64,000 nt of DNA from Vulcanimicrobiota bacterium (GTDB lineage: Bacteria; Vulcanimicrobiota; Vulcanimicrobiia; Eremiobacterales; Eremiobacteraceae): contig CAWETU010000001.1 of assembly GCA_963812135.1 (NCBI GenBank), forward strand, positions 1,696,001 to 1,760,000, given 5' to 3'. The notes beneath the pieces are model-generated. The model was not told where the DNA came from. It made no database searches and saw nothing but the letters and a program-made list of their open reading frames with translations. Positions 1 through 19,555 of the stretch are shown here, piece after piece; positions within the stretch are counted from its first letter, which is position 1, and each line of letters begins with the position of its first letter. The translations under genes and the position numbers were made by a program.

Positions 1-27
1 AGCGGGCGCTTCACGACGCGACGCAGT

Positions 28-681
28 TCAGGCACTGAGCACCTCCGCCAGCGCTTCGTACGCGTTCTTGGTGAAGATCACGCGGTCGTGCGCGAGCAGC
101 GCATGCGCGCTCACGCCGCCATACGGCACGATCGTCACGCGCCGCACGTTGCGGCCCGCCTGCCTGATCTCTTGAGCGTGCTCGTCCTTCTCGGTATGCA
201 GCACGAACAGCACTTTATTGCGCGCGTCGGCTGCGTCGGAGCGCTCGAGGATCTCGATGAATTCTTTGGTCTTCGCCGGCTTGAGACCGGCCGCGTCGAT
301 CACGCTGATGCCGCCGTCCGCGGCTTTGGCCGCCACGGCCATGCCGAGCGCCGCACGCCGCGCGCTGCGGTTCATCGCGATGTTGTACGAGCGCGGATGC
401 GGACCGAACACGACGCCGCCTTTGCGCCACAGCGGTGAACGGATGCTGCCGGCGCGGGCGCGTCCCGTCCCTTTTTGGCGCCACGGCTTCTTGCCGCCGC
501 CGCGCACGTCGTCGCGTCGCTTCGTGTCGGCCGTTCCGGCGCGGCGATTGGCGAGATGGCGCATGACCGCGAAATGCAGCACGGCCGTCTTGGGCTCGCG
601 CGCGAACGCCGCCGGCACGTCGATCGATCCGACCGCTTTGCCCGATCCGTCGAGCAGCGGGAATTTCGTATCGGCCGTCAT
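28..681 (-). CDS. rplD: 50S ribosomal protein L4
   Basis: GGGKKPWRQKGTGRARAGSIRSPLWRKGG signature; follows rplC in S10 operon. Confidence 0.98.
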   Translation of the reverse strand: MTADTKFPLLDGSGKAVGSIDVPAAFAREPKTAVLHFAVMRHLANRRAGTADTKRRDDVRGGGKKPWRQKGTGRARAGSIRSPLWRKGGVVFGPHPRSYNIAMNRSARRAALGMAVAAKAADGGISVIDAAGLKPAKTKEFIEILERSDAADARNKVLFVLHTEKDEHAQEIRQAGRNVRRVTIVPYGGVSAHALLAHDRVIFTKNAYEALAEVLSA

Positions 682-1307
682 TTCGCTTTCGCTTTCACGG
701 ATGAGCGCACGAGCACCAGGGTGTTGCGTCCACCCGGCACCGTGCCGCGCACCAGCAAGAGGTTGCGTTCGGCGTCGGCGCTGACGACTTCGAGGTTCAG
801 CGAGGTGACGCGCTCCACGCCGAGGTGGCCCGGACGGTGACTGCCTTTGACGGTCTTGGCCGCATTGGTGTCGCCGTTCGATGCGGGCTGGCGGTGGATC
901 ATCGAGCCGTGGCTTGCGCCGCCGCCCGAACCGTTCCAGCGCTTGATGATGCCGGCGTAACCGCGGCCTTTGCTCGTGCCGATGACGTCGACTTTGTCGC
1001 CGGTCGCGAACTCGCCGACGGTGACCGTGTCGCCGGCTTTGGTCTCGCCGAGGTCCGTGCGGAACTCACGCAGCACCGCCTTGGGCGCTGTGTTGAGCTT
1101 CTCGAAACGTCCGCGCTGCGGCTTGGTCAGCTGTTTGTGCTTGGCATCTTCGAAGCCGAGCACGACAGCCTCGTAGCCGTCTTTCTCGCGTTGCTTGCGC
1201 TCGATCACCGAGCACGGGCCGGCCGCGATCACGGTGACGGGCACGTAGCGTCCGTCTTCCGTGAACACGTTGGTCATCCCGAGCTTGCGACCGATGATGT
1301 TCTTCAT
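678..1307 (-). CDS. rplC: 50S ribosomal protein L3
   Basis: IIGRKLGMT, VDVIGTSKGRG, LLLVRGTVPG motifs; synteny. Confidence 0.98.
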   Translation of the reverse strand: MKNIIGRKLGMTNVFTEDGRYVPVTVIAAGPCSVIERKQREKDGYEAVVLGFEDAKHKQLTKPQRGRFEKLNTAPKAVLREFRTDLGETKAGDTVTVGEFATGDKVDVIGTSKGRGYAGIIKRWNGSGGGASHGSMIHRQPASNGDTNAAKTVKGSHRPGHLGVERVTSLNLEVVSADAERNLLLVRGTVPGGRNTLVLVRSSVKAKAK

Positions 1308-1312
1308 GTCCT

Positions 1313-1621
1313 TTAGGCTTTCAGTTCGATGTCGACGCCCGCCGGCAAGTCGAGGTGCATCAACGCATCCATCGTCTTGGCGGAGGCTTGGAGTATGTCG
1401 ATCAAGCGCTTGTGCGTGCGGATCTCAAAGTGCTCGCGGCTCTTCTTGTCCACGTGCGGCGAGCGCAGGACGCACCAGCGATTGATCTCGGTCGGCAGCG
1501 GCACCGGGCCGCTGATGAACGCGCCGGTGCGCTTGGCCGTCTCGACGATGCGCTCGGCCGACTGATCGAGGATCTTGTGGTCGTACGCGCGCAACCGGAT
1601 GCGGATCTTCTGGCGTGCCAT
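1313..1621 (-). CDS. rpsJ: 30S ribosomal protein S10
   Basis: [35 protein letters not shown]. Confidence 0.99.
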   Translation of the reverse strand: MARQKIRIRLRAYDHKILDQSAERIVETAKRTGAFISGPVPLPTEINRWCVLRSPHVDKKSREHFEIRTHKRLIDILQASAKTMDALMHLDLPAGVDIELKA

Positions 1622-1622
1622 G

Positions 1623-2816
1623 CTACTCGATCACCTTGGTGATGACGCCCGCGCCGACCGTGCGGCCGCCCTCGCGGATCGCGAAGCGCAAGCCCTCTTC
1701 CGCCGCGATCGGCGTGATCAGCTCCACGTTCATCTTCACGTTGTCGCCGGGCATCACCATCTCGACGCCTTCGGGCAGCGTGATCGAACCCGTCACGTCG
1801 GTCGTCCGGAAGTAGAACTGCGGACGGTAGTTCGAGAAGAACGGCGTGTGACGGCCACCCTCGTCCTTGGAGAGCACGTACACTTCCGATTCGAATTTCT
1901 TGTGCGGCTTGATGCTGCCCGGTTTGGCCAGCACCTGGCCGCGCTCGATGTCGTCGCGCTCGATGCCGCGCAGCAGCACGCCCACGTTGTCGCCCGCGAT
2001 GCCCTCGTCGAGCAGCTTGCGGAACATCTCGATGCCCGTCACCACCGACTTCTTGGACTCGCGGAAACCCACGATCTCCACTTCGTCGCCCACCTTGACC
2101 CGGCCGCGCTCCACGCGACCCGTGCCAACCGTGCCGCGACCGGTGATCGTGAACACGTCTTCCACCGGCATCAGGAACGGTTTATCCACGTCGCGCTGCG
2201 GCACAGGGATGTACTTGTCCACTGCATCCATCAGCGCGAGGATCCTGTCCGTCCACTCGCCCTTGGTCGTCTCTTCCAGCGCTTTGAGCGCTGACCCGCG
2301 GATGACCGGGATCTCCTGGCCGGGGAACTTGTAGGCTGAGAGCAGCTCGCGCACTTCTAGCTCCACCAGGTCGATCAGCTCGGGGTCGTCCACCATGTCC
2401 ACTTTGTTGAGGAACACGACCAAGTAGGGCACGCCCACTTGGCGCGCCAGCAAGATGTGCTCGCGCGTCTGCGGCATCGGGCCGTCCGCCGCCGACACCA
2501 CCAAGATCGCGCCGTCCATCTGCGCTGCGCCGGTGATCATGTTCTTGATGTAGTCCGCGTGACCGGGCGCGTCCACGTGGCTGTAGTGGCGCTCCTTGGT
2601 CTCGTATTCGGCGTGATACAGCTGGATCGTGATACCGCGCTCTTTCTCTTCGGGCGCGTTATCGATCTGATCCACCACCAGCTTCTTGGTCCCCGTGCCG
2701 GCCTCGGCCAGCACCTTGGTGATCGCCGCCGTCAACGTCGTTTTGCCATGGTCCACGTGACCGATCGTGCCGATGTTCACGTGCGGCTTGTTGCGTTGAT
2801 ACTTTTCCTTGGCCAT
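1623..2816 (-). CDS. tuf: Elongation factor Tu
   Basis: [33 protein letters not shown]-terminal GGRTVGAGV. Confidence 0.99.
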   Translation of the reverse strand: MAKEKYQRNKPHVNIGTIGHVDHGKTTLTAAITKVLAEAGTGTKKLVVDQIDNAPEEKERGITIQLYHAEYETKERHYSHVDAPGHADYIKNMITGAAQMDGAILVVSAADGPMPQTREHILLARQVGVPYLVVFLNKVDMVDDPELIDLVELEVRELLSAYKFPGQEIPVIRGSALKALEETTKGEWTDRILALMDAVDKYIPVPQRDVDKPFLMPVEDVFTITGRGTVGTGRVERGRVKVGDEVEIVGFRESKKSVVTGIEMFRKLLDEGIAGDNVGVLLRGIERDDIERGQVLAKPGSIKPHKKFESEVYVLSKDEGGRHTPFFSNYRPQFYFRTTDVTGSITLPEGVEMVMPGDNVKMNVELITPIAAEEGLRFAIREGGRTVGAGVITKVIE

Positions 2817-2834
2817 TTTCTTTCGTCTCCGTCG

Positions 2835-4958
<2,124 letters not shown>

Positions 4959-4963
4959 CGCGA

Positions 4964-5434
4964 TCACCAGCGATAGTGGGCGAACGCTTTGTTCGCCTCG
5001 GCCATGCGGTGTGTGTCCTCGCGCTTCTTCACTGCCTGACCCTGGTTGCCGGCGGCATCCATGATCTCAGCCGCGAGCTTGTCGGCCATCGTCCGCCCCG
5101 GGCGTGAACGCGCGAATTGGATGAGCCAGCGCATGCCCATCGCCTGACGGCGATCCGGGCGCACTTCCATCGGCACTTGATAGGTCGCACCGCCGACGCG
5201 CCGCGGCCGCACTTCGATGAGCGGCATCGCGTTGTTGAGCGCCTGCGTGAAAACTTCCATCGGGTCCTTGCTCGTCTTGCCTTGCACGATGTCGAACGCG
5301 CCATAGACGATGCCTTCCGCGGTGCTCTTCTTGCCGCGGAGCATGATCTTGTTGATGAAGCGCGCCATGGTCCGCGAGTTGTAACGCGGGTCGGGCAGCA
5401 CTTGGCGTTTCGGCGCCGGTCCTTTACGAGGCAT
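4964..5434 (-). CDS. rpsG: 30S ribosomal protein S7
   Basis: [26 protein letters not shown]. Confidence 0.99.
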   Translation of the reverse strand: MPRKGPAPKRQVLPDPRYNSRTMARFINKIMLRGKKSTAEGIVYGAFDIVQGKTSKDPMEVFTQALNNAMPLIEVRPRRVGGATYQVPMEVRPDRRQAMGMRWLIQFARSRPGRTMADKLAAEIMDAAGNQGQAVKKREDTHRMAEANKAFAHYRW

Positions 5435-5454
5435 ATCTTCCTTTTATAGTGAGG

Positions 5455-5892
5455 CTATTTCGGGCGCTTGGCGCCGTACTTGGAGCGCGATTGTTTGCGG
5501 TTCTGCACGCCTTGCGTGTCGAGCGTGCCGCGGATGATGTGGTAGCGGATGCCCGGCAGATCTTTCACGCGGCCACCGCGGATGAGCACCACCGAGTGCT
5601 CTTGCAGGTTGTGGCCGATGCCGGGGATGTAGGCGGTGACTTCGATGCCGTTGGTCAGCCGCACGCGCGCGACTTTGCGCAGCGCGGAGTTCGGCTTCTT
5701 CGGCGTGATCGTCTTGACTTGGGTGCACACGCCGCGCCGCTGCGGGTTGCCCTTTTTGATCAGCTTCGTGCGTTGCGGCAAGTCGGGGTGGCCAGGCTTG
5801 GCTCCGGTCAGCGAGACCAGGAACGCCGGCGACTTCGACTTTTTCTTGACCTTCTCGCGCCCGCGGCGCACCAACTGACTGATTGTTGGCAA
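5455..5892 (-). CDS. rpsL: 30S ribosomal protein S12 (TTG start, long internal insertion)
   Basis: [28 protein letters not shown]. Confidence 0.99.
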   Translation of the reverse strand: MPTISQLVRRGREKVKKKSKSPAFLVSLTGAKPGHPDLPQRTKLIKKGNPQRRGVCTQVKTITPKKPNSALRKVARVRLTNGIEVTAYIPGIGHNLQEHSVVLIRGGRVKDLPGIRYHIIRGTLDTQGVQNRKQSRSKYGAKRPK

Positions 5893-6171
5893 GACAACCC
5901 CTCGTGAATCATCGCTGTCGTAGAAAACAAAGAAGACAACGCGCGCGCGGCGCCGCTGCCTCTCCCTGGGGTGTCCCGCCTTTGGAGCCTAGTTTTGGTC
6001 GCTAATGCCGGTGGGGATCAAACCTCCGGGGATTTTTTCCTACCGGCAGGCGCCTGAGCGCCTGGGCCGGTTCGGATGAGTGCGGACGTCCCTATGGGAC
6101 ACCCGCCCAACCAAAGTATTTTACCAGGAAGGGTGCCTGGGGTCAAGCCGCGCGGGCCGGGTGCCCGTAGC

Positions 6172-6855
6172 TTACGTCGCGAGAAGTGCCGGTAATTGTT
6201 CGAGTGCGGTGATCGTCGCGTCCGGCGCGGGGATCCCGTCCGGGTACCGCGCGTCTTCTAGGTCGGCCCACACGGCTCGCAATCCTGCGGCTTTGGCACC
6301 AGCGACGTCGACGCTCGGGTTGTCGCCGACGTAGATCGTTGTCTGTGCGCTCATCGAGAAACGCTGCAATGCGATCTGGAAGGCGCGCGCGTCTGGCTTC
6401 CACGCGCCGATCTCTTCGGACGCGAGCACGGGGCCTTGGAATCCGATGATTTCGGCCTTGCGATGCTGCAGCTCGGTCCAGCCGTTGCTCAAAATGCCGA
6501 GCGCGAAGCCACGCGATTTCAACGCCTCGAGCATTGTTTCTGCGCCGGGCATCGGACGAACGCGCTCGGGCGCGAGTGTTAACACCTGACTCCGAAACGT
6601 CGCGATGGCGGCTGCCAGCCGCTCGGGCGGACAACCCAGCTCGCGCAGTCCGTCGCCGAGCGCCTGATCCAACGCCACGGGCGTGTAACGAAAGCGATCG
6701 AGTACGGTTTGGATTTGATCGTCGTTCGGCGCGCGTTGACAAAACGTCGCCGCGATCTCCCGAACGACGGAGAATTCGAGCTTGTTGTCGACGCCCAGCG
6801 TGTGGTCGAAATCGAAGAGGACGGCGTTGACGTCCCGGATCATGCGCTCCGGCAT
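6172..6855 (-). CDS. HAD-superfamily hydrolase
   Basis: FDFDHTL motif I, LSNG, KP, YVGDNPSVDVAGAKAAG. Confidence 0.92.
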   Translation of the reverse strand: MPERMIRDVNAVLFDFDHTLGVDNKLEFSVVREIAATFCQRAPNDDQIQTVLDRFRYTPVALDQALGDGLRELGCPPERLAAAIATFRSQVLTLAPERVRPMPGAETMLEALKSRGFALGILSNGWTELQHRKAEIIGFQGPVLASEEIGAWKPDARAFQIALQRFSMSAQTTIYVGDNPSVDVAGAKAAGLRAVWADLEDARYPDGIPAPDATITALEQLPALLAT

Positions 6856-6914
6856 TGTCTGCGGCCTCTACGATGCCCTTGGCGAACGGCGTGGGCGCGG
6901 GTAAGATAGGAGGG

Positions 6915-7940
6915 ATGTCACGACCTCGCATCGCGATGCTCGCTCCGATCGCCTGGCGCGTTCCACCGCGGCACTACGGGCCCTGGGAATACGTCGTCTC
7001 ACTGCTCACCGAGGGGCTGGTGGAGCGCGGCGTCGACGTGACGTTGTTCGCCACCGCCGATTCGCAGACGCGCGCCGCGCTGTGCGCAGTCGCGCCGCGC
7101 CCGTACGAAGAGGACAAGACGCTCAATCCCAAAGTGTGGGAGTGCCTGCATATCGCCAACGCCTTCGAACGCGCAGGCGAGTTCGACCTCATCCACAACC
7201 ACTTCGATTTCTTGCCGCTTAGCTATAGCGGGCTCGTCCGCACGCCGGTGCTGACGACGATCCATGGCTTTTCCTCAAAGACCATCCTGCCGGCGTACCA
7301 GCGATACAACGGCCGCCAGCACTACGTCTCGATCAGCGACGCCGATCGAGATCCGAGCCTGACCTACTTGGCCACCATCTACCACGGCATCCCGCTGCAC
7401 GAGTACACGTTCCGGCCCGATGCCGGCGACTATCTGCTGTTCTTCGGACGCATCCATCCAGACAAGGGCACCGCCGAAGCGATCGAGGTGGCGCGTTTGG
7501 CGAACCGCCGGCTGGTGATCGCCGGGATCATCCACGATCGTGGGTACTTCGATCGGTTCGTCGCGCCGGCGCTCGAACCGGGGGTCGTCGATTACATCGG
7601 TCCTGTCGAGCCCGCCGGGCGCGACGCGTTGCTCGGTGGCGCGTACGCGCTGCTGCACCTCGTGAATTTCGCCGAACCGTTCGGTCTGAGCATGATCGAG
7701 GCGATGGCATGCGGCACGCCGGTCGTCGCCTTTGGCCGCGGCTCGGTGCCCGAGATCGTGCGCGATGGCGTCACCGGTTTCGTCGTTACGTCGGTCGATG
7801 AAGCGGTCGAGCGGTTGTCGCAGATCACGGATCTCGATCGGGCGGCGATCCGCGCCGACGCGCAGATCCGCTTCGATCGCTCGCGCATGGTCGACGACTA
7901 CCTGCGCGCCTACGATGCGATGCTGGCAGTCCGCGCGTGA
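6915..7940 (+). CDS. Glycosyltransferase family 4
   Basis: GRIHPDKG and EPFGLSMIEAMACGTPV (EX7E); AGGAGGG RBS before ATG 6915. Confidence 0.93.
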   Translation: MSRPRIAMLAPIAWRVPPRHYGPWEYVVSLLTEGLVERGVDVTLFATADSQTRAALCAVAPRPYEEDKTLNPKVWECLHIANAFERAGEFDLIHNHFDFLPLSYSGLVRTPVLTTIHGFSSKTILPAYQRYNGRQHYVSISDADRDPSLTYLATIYHGIPLHEYTFRPDAGDYLLFFGRIHPDKGTAEAIEVARLANRRLVIAGIIHDRGYFDRFVAPALEPGVVDYIGPVEPAGRDALLGGAYALLHLVNFAEPFGLSMIEAMACGTPVVAFGRGSVPEIVRDGVTGFVVTSVDEAVERLSQITDLDRAAIRADAQIRFDRSRMVDDYLRAYDAMLAVRA

Positions 7941-9130
7941 GCGAGCGCTTTCGCCTGGGCGTCAATTATTGGCCGGCGCGCACCGGCATGTACTGGTGGT
8001 CGCACTTCGAGGCTGAGGATGTCAAACGCGACTTCGATCGGATCCGCAACGCGGGCATGGACTGCGCACGCATTTTCCTGATGTGGGAGGATTTCCAACC
8101 GAGACCGGACAGCGTGTCGCGCCGACACATCGAGCTGCTGCGCTACGTCTGCGAGGTAGCGTCAGGTAACGACCTCAAGCTGATCGTCACGCTATTCACC
8201 GGGCACATGAGCGGTGCGAACTTTCTACCCTTCTGGGCGCTGGCGCCAGGCGACGGCAAGTCCCGATTCCCCGTCGTCTCGAACGGCGACGTCAAGAACT
8301 CGCGACCGCGCGATTGGTACGCCGATTCAGAGGTCCGGCAAGCGCAAGCGCTGCTCGCGCTCGAGGTCGCGATCGCGCTTTCCGATCAACAGTCCGTCTG
8401 GGCTTATGATCTCGGCAACGAGAATTCAAACGTCGTCGTGCCGCACGACGTCCAAGCCGGCAGCGCTTGGCTTGGAATGATGCACGACGCGCTGCGCGAA
8501 GGCGATCATCATCGTCCGATCACGCTTGGCATGCACATGGAGGATCTCGAGGAAGACCGGCGCATCGGGCCTATCCAGGCTGCCGAGGTATGCGATTTTC
8601 TGAGCATGCACTGCTACCCCGTCTATACCGAATGGTGCACAGGCCCCACCGACGCGGTGCTGCTGCCCTTTCTTGCGCTCATCACGCAGTGGCTGGGCGG
8701 CAAGGACGTGCTCTTCGAGGAGTTCGGCGCGCCGACGCTCGATGACGACGACGAGGAAGCGCGCGCGTCGGGCGTGCCGTTGCTGGGTGAAGATCAAGCC
8801 GCCGCCTACACCGACGTCGCGCTCCGCCAGCTGCACGATTTCGGCACCAGCGGAGCCCTCGTCTGGTGCTTTAGCGACTACGATCGTCAGTTGTGGAAAG
8901 CGCCACCGCTCGACCGCGCGCCGCACGAACGGCACTTCGGGCTGTGGCGGGCGGACCGCTCTCCCAAACCGGCGCTCGAGGCCGTTGCGGCGCGTGCCGA
9001 TCTACTGCGCGGGGAGAAGATCGAGGATTACACGTGGATCGACATTGAGCGCGAGCGCTATTACGAACGGCCACGCGAGAACCTCGAGCGTTTGTACTCG
9101 CGCTTCCGCGAGCACTTCGACCTGAAATAG
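7937..9130 (+). CDS. Clan GH-A glycoside hydrolase (GH5-like, mannanase-like)
   Basis: LGVNYWPA, DLGNE (acid/base), FEEFG (nucleophile), HERHFGL; GTGA overlap with GT4 gene. Confidence 0.85.
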   Translation: MSERFRLGVNYWPARTGMYWWSHFEAEDVKRDFDRIRNAGMDCARIFLMWEDFQPRPDSVSRRHIELLRYVCEVASGNDLKLIVTLFTGHMSGANFLPFWALAPGDGKSRFPVVSNGDVKNSRPRDWYADSEVRQAQALLALEVAIALSDQQSVWAYDLGNENSNVVVPHDVQAGSAWLGMMHDALREGDHHRPITLGMHMEDLEEDRRIGPIQAAEVCDFLSMHCYPVYTEWCTGPTDAVLLPFLALITQWLGGKDVLFEEFGAPTLDDDDEEARASGVPLLGEDQAAAYTDVALRQLHDFGTSGALVWCFSDYDRQLWKAPPLDRAPHERHFGLWRADRSPKPALEAVAARADLLRGEKIEDYTWIDIERERYYERPRENLERLYSRFREHFDLK

Positions 9131-9158
9131 AATAGCGCGCTCCGAAGAGCGCGCTATT
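9131..9158. terminator. Perfect hairpin between convergent GH and rpoC genes; likely terminator
   Basis: AATAGCGCGCTC-CGAA-GAGCGCGCTATT, 12-bp stem; only short U-tracts. Confidence 0.6.
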
Positions 9159-9168
9159 GTCGTGGGCT

Positions 9169-9188
9169 CGGTCGAGTAAACTCGACCG

Positions 9189-9193
<5 letters not shown>
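9169..9193 (-). repeat. REP-like palindrome overlapping the rpoC stop codon
   Basis: Minus strand TGTAG-CGGTCGAG-TTTA-CTCGACCG. Confidence 0.75.
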
Positions 9194-12944
<3,751 letters not shown>

Positions 12945-12997
12945 TTACATCCCTTAGCAAGCCACATGTTATCGTCGTCGTATTGTTCTGTCTTCGT

Positions 12998-16816
<3,819 letters not shown>

Positions 16817-17173
16817 CTGATGTGGTTCTTACCTTTGCGGGCGGCGCGCACGGGTGAGCGGCGGCGAGCGTTGCTCGCCTTGCTATCTTATATAGAGTGG
16901 CGGTTTGTCGGCTGCTGCGTCAGGGGATGAAAAAGACGATACGCGGCGGGGTCCCGGCTGGGAGGTGGCGAGTCTGGCGTCGCTCACCACTCCTGTCGGT
17001 CGGCGCTATCGTCCCAAGGTGGCACAGACAAACATTATAGCATGAAATGCAAGCTTGTCAAACGGGACACGCGTGGGCTTGCGCGCGTCCTACTACTTAT
17101 TCGAGCTGGATGCTCCCGCGGATCAATTCGGCGGTCTGTCGCGCAAATCCCATATTGGGGGACATCGATTCAC

Positions 17174-18907
17174 TCAGTCGGACACCGCTGGGACCGGCTC
17201 GAGCATCTGTTTCTCGTAGAGCGATGCGTAGAGGCCGCCCCGGCGCAGCAATTCGTCATGCGTGCCTTGTTCGACGATCTTGCCGTCGGCCAGCACGAGG
17301 ATCGTGGCCGCTCGCCTGATCGTCGACAGCCGGTGCGCGATGATGAACGTCGTCCGTCCGACCAGCAGATGGTCGAGCGCCTCCCCGATCAACGCCTCTG
17401 AGTGGGCGTCCAGCGATGAGGTCGCCTCATCGAGGATCAGGATGCGCGGGTCGCGCAGGATGGCGCGCGCGATCGCGATGCGCTGGCGCTCGCCGCCCGA
17501 TAGGCGCATACCGCGCGAGCCGACGAGGGTCGCGTAGCCGTCCGGCAGCTTGCTGATGAACTCGTGCGCGTTGGCCAGCCGCGCCGCTTCTTCGATCTGC
17601 GCGTGCGTGGCGTCAAGCCGGCCATACCGTATGTTCTCTTCGATCGAGTCAGAGAACAGCTGCGGGTCCTGCGGCACGACGGCGATCGCGCCGCGCAGCG
17701 AGTGCAGCGTCACCCCGGCGACGTCGTGACCGTCCACGAGGAGCGATCCGCCGGTGGACTCGTAAAATCGCGGCACGAGATTGACCAGGGTCGTCTTACC
17801 TGCGCCCGACGGTCCGACGAGCGCCACGATTTCGCCCGGCGCGACGCTGGCGGATATTCCCTTGAGCACATCGCGCGCGCCGTCATAGCTAAAGCGCACG
17901 TCCTTGAACTCGACCGCTCCGCGCACATCGTGCAGGTCGGTCTTGTCCGCCTCTTCGGCCGTCTCCACCGGCAGATCCATCAGCTCGAAGACGCGCGTGG
18001 CAGCCGCAAACGCTTTGTTCAAGCTGCCGATGTAGTTCGACAGCTGCGCGATCGGGTTGGCGACCGTCGCGGTGACGGTGAAGAACATGAAGAACTGGGT
18101 ATAGGTCAGCGTCCCCGACACGACCTGATAGAGCGAGAACCCGGCCAGGATGAGCACGCCGATCATCACGACGAAATCGATCACCGGCGTCTGCGTCAGC
18201 GAGATCTGCGCGAGCTTCATCGATGCGCCGAAGTTCGCGTCGTTCCGATTCTCGAAGCGAGCTATCTCGTAGGGCTCCCGTGTGAACGCTTTGATGATGC
18301 GCATCGACTCGAGCGACTCTTGCAGCAACGAGTTCAGGTCGGCCACGCGGTTCAGCGCCGTCGTCGTCACGCGCCGAAGCACGCCCGAAAAGCGATAGAC
18401 AGCCCAGGAGATCAGCGGTGCGACTGCCATGGTGACCAGCGTCAGCTGCCAGTTCAGATAGAACATCACCGCGAGACCGGCGAGCAGCGTGAGGCTTGCG
18501 CTTAAGAACAGCGGCAACGCCGAGACGCCTTCCACCAGCACGAGCATGTCGTTGGAAAAACGCGACAGGATATCGCCGCTGCGCCACTTGTCGAACGTCG
18601 GCAGCGCCAGGTATTGGATCCGCGCGAACAGGTCGCGCCGGATGTTACGCACGACCTGTTGGCCGACCGACGTCAGCGCATACCCGCCGAAATACTGGCC
18701 CGCGTTTTTTAGCATGTTCAAGGCCAGCGCGGCGGCCAGGGCGATGCCGAGACCCTGCAAACTGCGATCCGACACTGCCTGGACCAGCAGCTTCACGGCC
18801 CCGGCGTAGCCGACGGTCGCCAGCGACGCGATCGCGGTGAGCAGCAGTCCGCCCAGCATGGGCGCGACAAACGGGCGCAGGTAGCGCACCAAACGCTGGT
18901 AGGTCAT
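17174..18907 (-). CDS. ABC exporter, fused TMD-NBD (MsbA-like)
   Basis: TM helices, GPSGAGKT, LSGGERQR, ILDEATS, IAHRLST. Confidence 0.93.
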   Translation of the reverse strand: MTYQRLVRYLRPFVAPMLGGLLLTAIASLATVGYAGAVKLLVQAVSDRSLQGLGIALAAALALNMLKNAGQYFGGYALTSVGQQVVRNIRRDLFARIQYLALPTFDKWRSGDILSRFSNDMLVLVEGVSALPLFLSASLTLLAGLAVMFYLNWQLTLVTMAVAPLISWAVYRFSGVLRRVTTTALNRVADLNSLLQESLESMRIIKAFTREPYEIARFENRNDANFGASMKLAQISLTQTPVIDFVVMIGVLILAGFSLYQVVSGTLTYTQFFMFFTVTATVANPIAQLSNYIGSLNKAFAAATRVFELMDLPVETAEEADKTDLHDVRGAVEFKDVRFSYDGARDVLKGISASVAPGEIVALVGPSGAGKTTLVNLVPRFYESTGGSLLVDGHDVAGVTLHSLRGAIAVVPQDPQLFSDSIEENIRYGRLDATHAQIEEAARLANAHEFISKLPDGYATLVGSRGMRLSGGERQRIAIARAILRDPRILILDEATSSLDAHSEALIGEALDHLLVGRTTFIIAHRLSTIRRAATILVLADGKIVEQGTHDELLRRGGLYASLYEKQMLEPVPAVSD

Positions 18908-18976
18908 TGGCTCGCATTCTTTGGTGAAACATGGGAGCGCCCCTCGCGGTAAAGCGGGCAAAGGGGGCTTGACGTC

Positions 18977-19555
18977 ATGGGTTGCTACTATCATCCGCGT
19001 TTGGCGACGGCACTACGCTGTCACGATTGCGGCCGCGAGATCTGTCAGACGTGCTCGGACGCCGGCATCTGCCCGGGCTGCCGGCTCGGGCGCGCGCTCC
19101 AAGGAGCGCCGGCGAAGAGCGCCGTCGCGGTCGCGGAAGCGCCGCGGCCGGGAACTTGGACCGCGCCGCGCGCCACCGCAAACGTCAGCGCCGTACGCGC
19201 GCCCGTCGTGCACGCCGATGAAGGGACGGCGTCCAATGAAGACCGCGTCCTCGCCGCGCTCTGCTATCCACTGTGGCCGCTCGCGCTCTTGCTCTTGCTG
19301 CTGCCATCAGGCCGCAGCGGATTCGTGCGCTTCCACGTGTTGCAGTCGCTCGGTGTGAACGCGCTCGGTGTCGCGCTGTACGTCATCTACGCGCTGTTGG
19401 CCAACGTACCGCTCATCGGATGGCAAAGCGCGTTCGCGCTGCCGTTCTTGGTGCCGCTGTGGATGCTTGGGGACTTGTACCTCGCCATCCGAGCCGCCAG
19501 CGGCCAGATGCCGCGCGTGCCATTCGCTGCGGATTGGGCGTCGCGCTTCCGCTAA
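18977..19555 (+). CDS. Membrane protein with N-terminal B-box-like zinc finger and DUF4870-like TM region
   Basis: CYYHP..CHDC..CQTC..CPGC; LAALCYP, FVRFHVLQS, three hydrophobic segments. Confidence 0.7.
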   Translation: MGCYYHPRLATALRCHDCGREICQTCSDAGICPGCRLGRALQGAPAKSAVAVAEAPRPGTWTAPRATANVSAVRAPVVHADEGTASNEDRVLAALCYPLWPLALLLLLLPSGRSGFVRFHVLQSLGVNALGVALYVIYALLANVPLIGWQSAFALPFLVPLWMLGDLYLAIRAASGQMPRVPFAADWASRFR

